From positions 113,870,461 through 113,891,753 of the forward strand of contig JANKJI020000004.1 in the NCBI GenBank assembly GCA_024626585.2: a DNA stretch of 21,293 nucleotides. The letters are read 5' to 3'. The notes under the pieces are model-generated. The model saw nothing but the letters and a program-made list of their open reading frames with translations, searched no databases and had not been told where the DNA came from. The stretch's first letter is position 1, and every line of letters begins with the position of its first letter. The DNA is from Ginkgo biloba (Eukaryota > Plantae > Ginkgophyta). Below, piece after piece: positions 1 to 10,307 of this stretch. The position numbers were made by a program, and so were the translations under genes.

Positions 1-551
1 TCTTTCTGCATTTCTGAGTATGCAAGAAAACCAAGAAACCTAAGGAAAACTTATTGACACTAAGAAACCGGAGTTGAATCATAGAAAATTTATATCAACA
101 ACTTACATTACTCACACATGTTGTACCTAATCTAGCTAGATGCAAACCAAGAAACAACAAGAAGCTTTTTACATGCTTAATACACATGGAATTTTGGAGC
201 AAACAATTTTGAATATTGTTCTGGAGAATGTTGAAGATGTACCTTCAACCCAAACCAATGAAATCACAACTTGTTGAGCACTTTGTTTGAGTTTCGAAAA
301 GGAGGTACATTACTTGAATAATGGACCCTTGCAAAAGAAACGACAAACAATGGTGGTGGAGGAAATGGCCACGCCGAATGAGGATAATCAAGAAGAAGGA
401 CAATCCATCAGGTTTCCTAAAAGGAATTGTTGTTCCACAAATGTAGCAACTTCACAATGTCCCTTAGCCATAAAGATTTCAAAAGCAAAAAAGATGGACA
501 AGAAAGATGTTTCATTCTATTTCTAGGATGAGTTAGAAAAAAGCAAAGTTA

Positions 552-793
552 CTAGGATTCATGGGTGCGGGTACTAGTGCTAGTATGGGTATGGGTGAGG
601 GTTTAGCATTTTGAAAATTTGGATTCATGGGTGTAAGTGCAGTAATTTTGATATTTTCTTTATCCCATAAATTTTAAGTCTATAACAATTGCTTTGNNNN
701 NNNNNNNNNNNNNNNNNNNNNNNNNNNNNTACCCAATTCAAGTACCCGGTTAGGGAACCCACTTGGGTGGATGAGAGAACTCGGTTACTTTAG
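552..793. mobile_element. Non-autonomous hAT-type MITE-like insertion in the gypsy gag-protease junction
   Basis: Host frame reads ...YF*DELEK before and ..YIKIPL after (cf. DELKxVxIKIPLL). The insert starts CTAGGATTCATGGGTGCGGGTAC, carries GGGTAY/GGGTGY subrepeats with inverse GTACCC/ACCC copies near the other end, and ends CGGTTACTTTAG. Flanks share an imperfect duplication (..AAGTTA on both sides). Contains 33 N. Confidence 0.6.
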
Positions 794-964
794 AAAGAAG
801 TTATATCAAGATTCCACTCACATAGACAATCAAGGATGCGCCAATTTATGCAACACAAGTTCAAATTTGTGTAGGCAACTGAAAAAATATGAACAAAATG
901 ACCATATTTCGATTTCTTGTGTTGGTGTTATTTCGGATGTGATGTTCTGAAGGCAACCAACAAC

Positions 965-1310
965 AAGTATGGTGACCAAGGTAGCCTGAAAGTTGATGTG
1001 TATAGGACTGAGTCATTGATGCAAGAAATTACTCATCGGCACTGGTGTTAGGATTAAAATGACAACAAATAAGTAAATGAATTATCTTGGAATTTAAGCA
1101 AGCCAGAAGACGAAGATAACTTCACGAATGATAGCGAGACCCACAATTCATGTAAAAGGTGTATCGATTGATGTTACTCTAATATTTGCCAGTCGAAATA
1201 TCAAGTTGATTCCATTGTGATCAAATAGAAGCATGACCATGAAGGTTATCTAATGATTTTAGGTTATGCTTGGCTCACAACTATAGACATTGTTATTGCA
1301 TTAAGGTTAT
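965..1310 (+). pseudogene. Retropepsin (aspartic protease) domain remnant
   Basis: KYGDQGS precedes LLIGTGVRI (catalytic Asp replaced by Gly); the C-terminal ILG-x-x-WL motif reads YLMILGYAWLTTIDIVI. Confidence 0.8.
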
Positions 1311-1939
1311 CCACTCTTGCACTACACATGGTAATAAAAGCAAAGTTTTGTCATTATTTAACACCACTAATAAAGACTACAACAATTCAAGGTCACAAGA
1401 ATCAGAGTAGATCGAGTCCAATGAAAAGGATGATCATGAAGTATCCAATTTTGGGATCTCTAATTGGAAGGATGTCGATAACACCTATCAAAGTCTTGGC
1501 ATTGATGAGTTTGGTCCAATGATGCAGGCATAAGCTGAAGACAGAGAAATTTGTGCTTGTGTATCAAGAATAATAGTAAATAAAAAAAAATAAGAAATTA
1601 AAAAATTAGAAAAATGAAAAGTAAGGTAACAATAAAAATCAATAGGAGTGATTTGAAAGTGCTCTTAGAAAGTTATGACAGTGAAAGATCAAATGATGAT
1701 GAGCTTTTTGAAATTTCAAAGCAAGGGCATTGTACTATTAGATATTATCATCATTGTCAAGACATTTATGTGTAGTATATGTTCATAAGTAGATGTTGAG
1801 TTAAATGAAGCAGAGATTTTGTTTGATGGTGATACATCCATTGACGCTCTCATGGAATCCAAGAGTGTCCATATACAAGAAGGTAAAATTTTGCATATTG
1901 AAGGAACTCATTCAAAATAAGTACAAGCTAGAATTCAAG

Positions 1940-2577
1940 AAATGTTTGCATGAAATATGGATATGTTTGCATCGGGATATGAACTTGAGGAGAATCTGTG
2001 CTAATCTTTGCCAAAATTATATTTTCATAGAGAAGGATGTCAAACCTATTTGGCAACCCTAGAGTCAACACAATGGTGTTTGTGAAAGAAGAGTTGTAGG
2101 AATTTTTTATGGTAGGTTGTATCTATCCAACCTCGGGTAGTAGATGGGTTTCTCCATCAGTGTTGTTGCCAAAGAAAGGAAGGAGGTGGTGAGAATGTGT
2201 TGATTTTAAAGCATTGAACAAACCAACTCGTAAGGACCATGTCCCAATCCTCTTCCTTGATCACGTCGCTCAACAAGTTAGCTGATCAGAAGTATTTTTC
2301 ATTTCTTGATGGTATTTTTTGAATATAATCAAATTCAAATTGCACCAATTTACCTATCCTTGGGGAATGTATGCATCTAAAGTCTTACTTTGGGACTTTG
2401 TAATNNNNNNNNNNNNNNNNNATTGACTAGCATATTTTTTTTTTCATGAATGAATTTGTTGAGATCCACATGAATGATTTCTCAGTTTATGTTGATACAT
2501 TTAATTAAGTAATGGATGAATTAGAAAAGAAATTTTAGAAATGCAAAGTGTACAACTCTCTCTTAGTAATGAGAAGA
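1940..2577 (+). pseudogene. Ty3/Gypsy reverse transcriptase domain remnant
   Basis: WVSP..LPKK, CVDFKALNK, FSFLDG, YNQIQIAP, PWG, GLCN and HMND(=YMDD) occur in order, with stops, frameshifts and a short deletion. Confidence 0.93.
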
Positions 2578-4514
2578 GCAAAGTGATCATGATTAAAACT
2601 TCCAGATCTCCAAAAAAGTTGAAGGATGTCTCTAAAATCAACAGAACTACACACACAGGAAAATCTAATCAGCCTTCTTCTCCTTTGGAAATACACCTGA
2701 ATTTCCTTAGATAAAACATCCCACCTTGCCTTATTTAGTTGTAATGTACACACAATATGGAAGTGGAACTCTAACTTGAATCATAAGGCAGAGATTGGTT
2801 GCAATCCTTTCGTTAAGTGGAACAGACTTAGCATGCTTATGTCTCTTTTGAGATTTACATAAGCGACTAGTTTGTTTATTCATACAAGTGACCAATATAA
2901 ACAAACTCACAAGTCGAATGATCAACAATTAAAAGTTAACGTATTTCACATACACCTTTTTTCACAATGAAGAGTCTAATGCTAAATTTTAGAGAATAAT
3001 GCTTCCAAATTAGAAAAAACATTAAAAGCATTTAAACTACCACATACTTCATACNNNNNNNNNNAAGGAATAAGGAATAGACCCAACCATGCAAATACTC
3101 AAAAGCCAAATCTTAAAACTTACCTTTGTGTGGGAATCTACCTGAGTTCATGAGAGAATAAAGGGCATAACTGTTATACAAGGTCACTCTCATGGTCCTA
3201 CCATTATCCTCTTTTCACGGTGTCCTCTAAATCCTCAGTTCATTTTAACTTTCGAGTTCCATCATTCAATCTCTATTACTATTGCCCCNNNNNNNNNNNN
3301 NNNNNNNNNNNNNNNNNNNNNNNNNNNNNNNNNNNNNNNNNNNNNNNNNNNNNNNNNNNNNNNNNNNNNNNNNNNNNNNNNNNNNNNNNNNNNNNNNNNN
3401 NNNNNNNNNNNNNNNNNNNNNNNNNNNNNNNNNNNNNNNNNNNNNNNNNNNNNNNNNNNNNNNNNNNNNNNNNNNNNNNNNNNNNNNNNNNNNNNNNNNN
3501 NNNNNNNNNNNNNNNNNNNNNNNNNNNNNNNNNNNNNNNNNNNNNNNNNNNNNNNNNNNNNNNNNNNNNNNNNNNNNNNNNNNNNNNNNNNNNNNNNNNN
3601 NNNNNNNNNNNNNNNNNNNNNNNNNNNNNNNNNNNNNNNNNNNNNNNNNNNNNNNNNNNNNNNNNNNNNNNNNNNNNNNNNNNNNNNNNNNNNNNNNNNN
3701 NNNNNNNNNNNNNNNNNNNNNNNNNNNNNNNNNNNNNNNNNNNNNNNNNNNNNNNNNNNNNNNNNNNNNNNNNNNNNNNNNNNNNNNNNNNNNNNNNNNN
3801 NNNNNNNNNNNNNNNNNNNNNNNNNNNNNNNNNNNNNNNNNNNNNNNNNNNNNNNNNNNNNNNNNNNNNNNNNNNNNNNNNNNNNNNNNNNNNNNNNNNN
3901 NNNNNNNNNNNNNNNNNNNNNNNNNNNNNNNNNNNNNGGACAATATGACAATGCCATAGTAAGCCTTATGAGCAAAACATTCAGCCGTGGGGACCAAATA
4001 TATGATCGTAGGAGCAAATATACACCAAATATCTGTCATAATTCGGCAGGACAACATATTTATTGCAAGTTGTAGGTTGTAGCAGCACTTTTGTGTCTTG
4101 GTCATATTTGGCATTGGTATAGGGCTTATTGGGATGGAAAAGATTCAAATTGCTGAGGTGAAGGAGATTTTAGGCAGGGAAAAGGCATATACAAAGTGTA
4201 TGTAACAAAGTACATAATAATTATTGTCGTAGAAGTGGTTGATGCTCAGTAAGGTGACTCAAAACTTCATCTGAAAGCTAAAAATCAAGTGGTAGGACAT
4301 ATATATTGCAAGTTTACTGCATTTAAAGGTCTGCAAAATCATATATGCAATCTTGTCTGGGTGGCTGCAATATAAACACAAGGTACAGCGTAATAATGCT
4401 GTAGGAGAAGTCACTACTGTTGAAAGTGTTTCAAACTCATCATGAAGCTGAAGAGGTGTATTCAACGAGTATCAGATATGTATTGGTAGTAGAATACTGT
4501 TGTTGTTTGGACAG

Positions 4515-4747
4515 TATGGTTCTTAAAGGCAATCTACCTGGTGCAAATCCAGAAAGTATGCAAGTGGTTAGGGTAAATAGCTTACTCTAGCCAGGTAAAT
4601 TTGTTACTTAAAGCTCGCTCATGTTTGTTGTCCTGTTTTACTGTGTACACTACTTCTGTAATGTTATTTCCAGATTTGTGTGCATTGCTGAGAAAATGCT
4701 CCTATGCTAGGGTTTTAACCTTTGGGGGTTGGTTTCCAAAGGTAAGT
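4515..4747 (+). pseudogene. Possible spliced gene remnant (two small exons), product unknown
   Basis: CAG|GTAAAT donor at 4595, T-rich 79-nt intron ending TTCCAG at 4673, 68-nt exon, then AAG|GTAAGT donor at 4742. One joined frame reads MVLKGNLPGANPESMQVVRVNSLL*PDLCALLRKCSYARVLTFGGWFPK. No family recognised. Confidence 0.3.
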
Positions 4748-4804
4748 CAATGTGTACATGTTACGTACCTGTTATGGCTAGCTGTAGAATCTATATATAA
4801 TGTC

Positions 4805-4952
4805 CCCTTTATTGATCTTGCGCTCGACAAGCTAGCTGCTATGAAGTACTTTTCCATTTCTTAATTTTCTTTTGCATATAACCACATTCAAATTGCACCA
4901 AAACATCAAATGAAGACTATGTTCACCTATCTGTGGAAAGCATATGCATATA
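4805..4952 (+). mobile_element. Second Ty3/Gypsy RT fragment (same lineage type as 1940-2577)
   Basis: Reads PFIDLALDKLAAMKYFS/..AYNHIQIAPKHQMKTMFTYLWKAYAY (cf. PFIDQVLDxLAGKKYFSFLDGFSGYNQIQIAPEDQxKTTFTCPWGTFAY); runs into a 100-N gap. Confidence 0.88.
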
Positions 4953-5052
4953 NNNNNNNNNNNNNNNNNNNNNNNNNNNNNNNNNNNNNNNNNNNNNNNN
5001 NNNNNNNNNNNNNNNNNNNNNNNNNNNNNNNNNNNNNNNNNNNNNNNNNNNN

Positions 5053-6488
5053 CAGTGTGAGGTAAGGAGGGGGTTATAAATATATATAGTTAGTAACATG
5101 GCAAAGGGTGGTAGCATGGGTGTGTCATGTCTTAGGATCTAATAGCTAGCAAGAGGGTTTGAGTGGCATAAGTTTCCTCCAAAAATGCTTAGGATGATTC
5201 TAGAGTAGGTGGACAATCTCCCCTTCTACGGTACAAGAAATGTCATTTGTTGCACCTGAGAAGGTACCCAGAGGCCTTTTATCTTTCTTTGGCTNNNNNN
5301 NNNNNNNNNNNNNNNNNNNNNNNNNNNNNNNNNNNNNNNNNNNNNNNNNNTCATCAAACCACCTATTTCTTGGACATGACCCAGGTACAAAGGAAGAAGC
5401 AAAAGGGAGGAGGCAATGCGTCGAATATGGGAAGCATTTTAAAGTTGCTTCCCAGAGCAATTGGGTGAGGAAGTTTGCCTTCTATTCAACTAAGGGAAAA
5501 GAGTAAAATTCTAGCAAAAAATGGTTATGTGGCACTGATAAAGTTCATGTGCCTAGTCAAAATCNNNNNNNNNNNNNNNNNNNNNNNNNNNNNNNNNNNC
5601 GACAAGGTGGGGGAGTTGAGACAGTGGTAATGCGAAAAGGCTAAAAAGGCATGGTTTGCAGTGGAGGGTAGAAGGATATGTGGAGATCTGCAATACTGTG
5701 TAAGTTGGCCAAGTTGAAAAGGACATAATCTACCACACTAGCTCCACCAGCATGCGGGTAAGAGGTGCATGCACCAGATCCAGGAATCTTGAGAACCCAT
5801 TCAGAATAAATAACTCATGGGACTCACCAAGGCCTACGAGGTGTCACCTATAAGAAGTGACCACCTATGAGTCCTCTTACAACCTATCTAAGCCAAACTC
5901 TAAGTGGTCCAACTCTTGTGTGCACAACTCATCCTCTAAGACATCATGCATCGGTATTTGTAATATTCCTATACATTCACTAAAGTCTCCTACTAACATG
6001 ACTTCACTCTAAGTGGTGAAGCGAGGCATCTTTAGGTAGAGGTCCAAATAAGTGGAATCTCCCCTATGTCTAGGGAAAACCAGGATGATGTTGGAGGAAA
6101 GTAGTAGACTCTTATGTAGATGTCCCTCCCTACTAGATGTCGACTTGAGTTATTTTCTTAGGAACCTAAAACAAATATCAATAGCCACCAAGGATATGTG
6201 ACTCTCCAAGTGGTTCTAAATGAGACAAGCAACTCCTCTAGATCCCCAAATGCCTCTTGATGCTCGTGTCTTATGTCAACATGCCGAAATCCATGAATAA
6301 CCAATGATGTGTGGTAGGGGCATTCTAGACTTTCATGTGTCTCAATGAAGAAAATGATGTCTCTATCTCTGGTAACATCCTCAATTGTACCTTGCTAAGA
6401 CCAATTCATATTGTTATAATTTCACACAACTACTAACAAAATCCTCTTGCTCCTCCTAGTGACCTAGCATCATCTGGAAAGAGGCCAT
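5053..6488 (-). pseudogene. LINE ORF2 N-terminal remnant: APE endonuclease and linker
   Basis: Motifs in order: VV*N (WN, 6419-6424), DIIFFIETH, GSRGVACL, YFPP, MLVGDFS (5979-5990), LFILNG, GASVVDYVL (5719-5739), ANH (=SDH, 5651-5659), then linker motifs PRNRWFD and HPKHFWRKL. Confidence 0.9.
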
Positions 6489-6489
6489 G

Positions 6490-7359
6490 GCTGGTACCAC
6501 CCTTAGGGGGTGAATATCGAATCCATGCCCTACCATTTTGTACCAGTGCCCATTTATCTAGTTTCTTGGCCTCCACCACTTATGTCCTCCCTTTCATAAG
6601 CTCTTCAACTTGTAAGCTTGTGAGATCCTCATCCAAATAAATCTTCTCTTTCAATGTGAAGAGTTTTGGTTTTGCCTTCAAGGTAGCCAACCTGTCCATT
6701 GTTGAACAAAAGTAGATGACCAATCCACTATCTTGTGCGTACTAGGCTTTCTCCAATTTCACATGTTTCAAATCAAGAGTTTTGTGTAAGAATGATATGG
6801 TTGTAGCTAGCAGTTCATTTGAGTGAGGCAACCCTCTCACCCACAATTTGAGCTTTCATTTGCCTCATTCGCTCTTCATCAAGCCTAGCTTTTATTGTCA
6901 TCTCAATGATTGTAGGAGTCTTGCCTTTCACCACTTAGACCCATGAGTCCTATTTTTCCACCTACTATTAGATATGTTTAATTGTTCCTTTGCTCCCACA
7001 GTCGAATCAAATTTAGAATCCAAGGCTTTCTACTACTTTTGAATGTTATCTGAAATGCCTTTGATTTCATTTTGGACTCCTTTCCATTCATCCAATTTCT
7101 TTTTCATGTTTTCCTGCTCAACTTTAAGTGTGTTTACCTCGTTTTTGTATTCTCTTAGATTTTCCTTAGAGTTAGCTAAAGCAATCTTTGTGTCATGTAA
7201 CTCTTATGTGCAGGAGGTAATTGTTTGTTTCAAGTGAGTCACCAAGTCAGTCATTAGGTTCTCTAATTTCTGAATTCTAATCTGAAGAGTAACATAACAA
7301 TTCTCACTACAGATCATTCCACTAATCATTCCTTTATTTAGAGTCTTTGATAGAGGCAT
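6490..7359 (-). pseudogene. LINE ORF1 remnant (coiled coil, RRM-like domain, L1-ORF1p-like C-terminal domain)
   Basis: MPLSKTLNKG... then a heptad-rich segment (ENLREYKNEVNTLKVEQENMKKKLDEW), SWV*VVKG, EERMRQMKA./.WVRGLP, and DRLATLKAKPKLFTLKEKIYLDEDLTSLQVEELMKGRT*VVEAKKLDKWALVQNGRAWIR (DEDLT at 6619-6633). Confidence 0.82.
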
Positions 7360-7639
7360 GTTTGGGCAATGCTCATNNNNNNNNNNNNNNNNNNNNNNNN
7401 NNNNNNNNNNNNNNNNNNNNNNNNNNNNNNNNNNNNNNNNNNNNNNNNNNNNNNNNNNNNNNNNNNNNNNNNNNNNTGTCTGGCTATTGTATTTCTCACT
7501 TGACTTGACTGATCTGATCTATTATCTACTTATGAATTGAATTATTACCATGTAAATCATTTTTTCGGTGTTTTGTGTCTCTCTGTTCCATTACTCGAAA
7601 TTCTACATGATCTACCTCTGTCACTTCTTTTGCTCAGTC

Positions 7640-8140
7640 ATAAGAGTGCAAGCTTTTGATCCTTTTTATTTTAGACATTCTTCATCTGAATGTCCATATG
7701 TTTTGTGATGTCTATAATACATGAATTTTGATGAGGAAGGAGCAAAAGAAGAAGAAGAGGATGAGGATGATTTTGACTATTTAAAATCTTGGAAACCCTC
7801 GGAGGGTTGATGAGACTTAGTTGCTCCCTTCTATTACAATTTGCCTTCAATCTTCAAAGCAAATTGGAAGGCTTACTCAAGAGAGATGATTGCAAAAGAT
7901 GCATTTCTCATTGCAAATGAGAAAAGCGTCCACCTATGAATTTTAGCCTAAGAATGTCATCTAGTTCTTAGATCTCAATCATGATGCATGTCTTGTTGAA
8001 GTGGTCGATGTACTGTTGCACCATTTGACCAAAGACTTGGCGAAGATACACCCATTGCTTCGTGAGCTCTTCCCAATACCCAAGGGAGTAAAATATTTCT
8101 CACATTGCAACTTTGAATCTATCCCATCTTTGAATGGAAG
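7640..8140 (-). mobile_element. Ty3/Gypsy gag remnant (Retrotrans_gag plus His-variant zinc knuckle)
   Basis: Reads IQRWDRFKVAM*EIFYSLGYWEELTKQWVYLRQVFGQMVQQYIDHF..LKFIGG..AFQFALKIE, a Ser-rich linker, then YRHHKTYGHSDEEC (~7675-7720). Confidence 0.85.
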
Positions 8141-8244
8141 GTAAATTATTGGTAATAAGGTGGAGTACATGAGCTTGTCACTATTGGTTAAGATTGGGAA
8201 CCCAGTGGGACCCACTTAAGCCAACAAGTGGCTATAAGCCATTC

Positions 8245-8850
8245 ATTAGAAAACATAAATTAATTACACATACACAGAGAAATCAAAACATGCATTAATG
8301 ACACATACACAGAGAAATCATGATAGAACACAAAAGAATTTCTAGAGGTACAAGGAATCTTCAATAAATATTCATGATGGTACATCAAATATCTAGCATT
8401 AATTGCTATTCCTCAACTGTCACACTGAGATATGTATTTAATACTCGACTCTCACACAATCTTCAAAGGAGATTCTCTCTCCTACTTATAGTTTTTTCCC
8501 TCTTCATTAGATGATATGACATGTCCTTTCATAAATTAGGTCATAACCCTTACATGCTCTCTCCTTATTAAATGCCCCCTAATTTAGGCATTAATTGCAG
8601 CTTTCATTAAGGANNNNNNNNNNCCTTTAGTATGGATTTCTAAGAAATAAATGTGATTGAGTTAACCCTAAGTCGTCTTTAATCGCATTGACTAGCATTC
8701 ACTGCATCATAATTACTCTTTAAAGTCGACTGACATCACCCCTTGTACCTTAAGTCAACTCTGCCTCGTTGACCAAGTTTGACCACATCTTAAATGTGCC
8801 CTAAAGTCAATTGACGTCAACATTAATGATATGTGCTCCTATTTAAGTCA
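8245..8850 (-). repeat. Probable 5' LTR fragment upstream of the gag remnant
   Basis: Non-coding, upstream of gag. Minus-strand CTATAAGTAGG TATA-like box at 8481-8491, followed by GA-rich then T/G-rich (U5-like) sequence. A weak PBS-like TGGCTTATAGCC lies at 8230-8241. Termini are not clear. Confidence 0.35.
8266..8320. repeat. Exact 20-bp direct repeat ACACATACACAGAGAAATCA (period 35)
   Basis: Identical copies at 8266-8285 and 8301-8320. Confidence 0.9.
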
Positions 8851-8950
8851 NNNNNNNNNNNNNNNNNNNNNNNNNNNNNNNNNNNNNNNNNNNNNNNNNN
8901 NNNNNNNNNNNNNNNNNNNNNNNNNNNNNNNNNNNNNNNNNNNNNNNNNN

Positions 8951-9298
8951 GTTGTGCCGCTCTCTTGCTGCGTTGTTCGTCTGTCGGTATGGATGTTTGT
9001 CCTTCATCTTTCGTTCGTTCCATTTTCCTCTTTTTATAACCGCACGGGTAATTAAAACCGTCGCGTAACTGATAGTTTGTCAGACTGTCAGTTTTTCTCT
9101 GTCGGTTTTCACTATCTTTGTAAATTTTGTCTTTGTCTGTTGTCGAATTGGATCTTATTGGCCGTCAGATTTCTTTATCATGTCGACCGTCGGATTTGGT
9201 TTTGTCACGTCGGTCGTCGAATTTTTGTTTCATCATGTCAATCGTCGAATTTTGTTTGGTCATGTCAGTCATTGGATTGAGTGAAACCGACACCGACA
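8951..9298 (-). repeat. Probable LTR 5' (U3) portion, CpG-rich
   Basis: Minus strand begins TGTCGGTGTCGG at 9298, followed by tandem subrepeats, a TATAAAAAG box (~9030-9038) and a purine-rich leader; ends at a 100-N gap. Confidence 0.42.
9125..9276. repeat. Degenerate tandem array of ~22-28-bp units (TTTTGTTTRTCATGTCRRTCGTCGRA)
   Basis: Clear units at 9170-9194, 9195-9221, 9222-9249 and 9250-9276, with two more degenerate units to the left. Confidence 0.8.
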
Positions 9299-9482
9299 TA
9301 AATTTCTTGAAGTTTTAAACTTTAAAAGTTAAGGATTACCCCCATTTCAAGATGTGTAGTGATGGTTTTAGAAGCATCTAACGTCCCATTTAGAAGTCAC
9401 ACAAGGCATAGAAGAGGTAGGGTAAGAACCCCTAATCCTCATATGCATCAAAGGGAGAATCAACGGTGCTATCAATCATTGT

Positions 9483-10307
9483 CTAGTCGCCAATAATGAG
9501 TCTGAGGGCATCATCAGGAGAGTGGCTCGGGTTGAGAGGAGTAGACGGAGTTGTCCTGGGAGGCATCAAATCGCTCCTCACTAGAAGAGAAAAGGAAGAA
9601 GCCCCCTTAACATCCAAGGCCGAAAGTCTCTTGGAGGAAGTAAAGAAGTTGGTGATACGGTCCCCGTCACAAGCTCTAGACTGGATGCAGGGAGGAGCAA
9701 CAATCACCCTATGTCGTCCACTAGATCTAACAATGCGAGTCGGTCTCATAGCAACCCTGGTGTTGGAACACTATCTGACTGGTCTACTACTATCTACATC
9801 AATATCTGTCATAGTTGTAGGGCGCTTGGCCCCCTAGTAACTAAAATGGGCCAAAAGAATGATGTAATCAATCTGATGGATCTAGGAGAACTCCGTAGTG
9901 ACTAATACCTGAAGGTCACTATCTCTCTGACGAACAAAGCCAAGCATCTTGGGTTGGGGTAACAGAAGAAAACCAATAAAGACCGTGAATCTCTAAAAAG
10001 ACTCTACTACCTCCCCTGAATCTCATAGTAGATTGAGCACCTAAAAGTAAAATTATCCTCGGTCTCAACCTCTTAAAGAGAGAATAGTCTACAAATATTG
10101 TCCTTTCAAGGGATATGATGATCTATCTTTATTCATAATTGGTGTGAACACACTCTAAGATGACCAAGTGGGAATCTATATCCATGTGAACAGTGTTGTC
10201 CTAAATAGTTTGGCTGATTAATAAGGCTATCTAAAATCTATAAGATGTTTTCTACATATAAGACCAACTTGGGGTTGAGAGGCTGAGAAGGAAAGAGCCA
10301 AGTCTTA
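9483..10307 (-). mobile_element. Possible decayed accessory ORF or 3' internal region of an LTR retrotransposon
   Basis: Coding-like composition with stop-interrupted stretches (..SHLVILECVHTNYE*R*II..; Ser/Pro-rich C-terminal part), followed by GAAATGGGGG on the minus strand (~9339-9348). No diagnostic catalytic motif. Confidence 0.25.

Larger units (their letters stand above)
1..2577 (+). mobile_element. Degenerate Ty3/Gypsy LTR retrotransposon (Athila-like) gag C-terminus, protease and reverse transcriptase
   Basis: Manual translation across stops and frameshifts gives motifs in canonical order: C*ALCLSFEKEV (~271-306; cf. CxAITLRSGKEV), IPLT*TIKDAPIYA (811-852), KYGDQGSLKV (~965-994; cf. 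KxxDPGS), LLIGTGVRIKM (~1029; decayed D[T/S]G), MILGYAWLTT (1253), IFIEKDVKPIWQP, IYPTSGSRWVSPSVLLPKKG, CVDFKALNKPTRKDH, KYFSFLDG..YNQIQIAP, FTYPWG, VEIHMNDFSVY (2458-2490; YMDD decayed to HMND). Similarity ends near 2577. Confidence 0.93.
5053..7359 (-). mobile_element. Non-LTR retrotransposon (LINE, probably RTE-X clade), 5' part: ORF1 plus APE endonuclease and linker
   Basis: ORF1 and ORF2 remnants are contiguous on the minus strand; the RT domain is not present before the 100-N gap at 4953-5052. The clade is inferred from ORF1 type and APE motifs. Confidence 0.88.

Noticed and set aside
1565-1645. A-rich tract as a LINE/SINE poly(A) tail
   Set aside because: Impure, no TSD, and lies within the variable protease-RT spacer.
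3220-4114. Long ORFs (225-282 aa) in the ORF track
   Set aside because: They consist almost entirely of X from the 650-N gap.
5053-5227. Apparent PPT (AGAAGGGGAGAT) followed by TG, suggesting a minus-strand LTR
   Set aside because: The same bases translate as continuing LINE ORF2 linker (GEIVHLL*NHPKHFWRKL) downstream of PRNRWFD.
7725-7775. Acidic tract on the plus strand (EEEEDEDD) as a host protein
   Set aside because: It is the antisense of the Ser-rich gag linker on the minus strand.
9125-9276. CRISPR-like array
   Set aside because: The units are contiguous and degenerate, with no unique spacers and no cas genes, in a eukaryotic TE context.
9354-9361. CACTA terminus (GTGTAGTG)
   Set aside because: No partner terminus or 3-bp TSD; the repeats nearby are better explained by an LTR starting at 9298.
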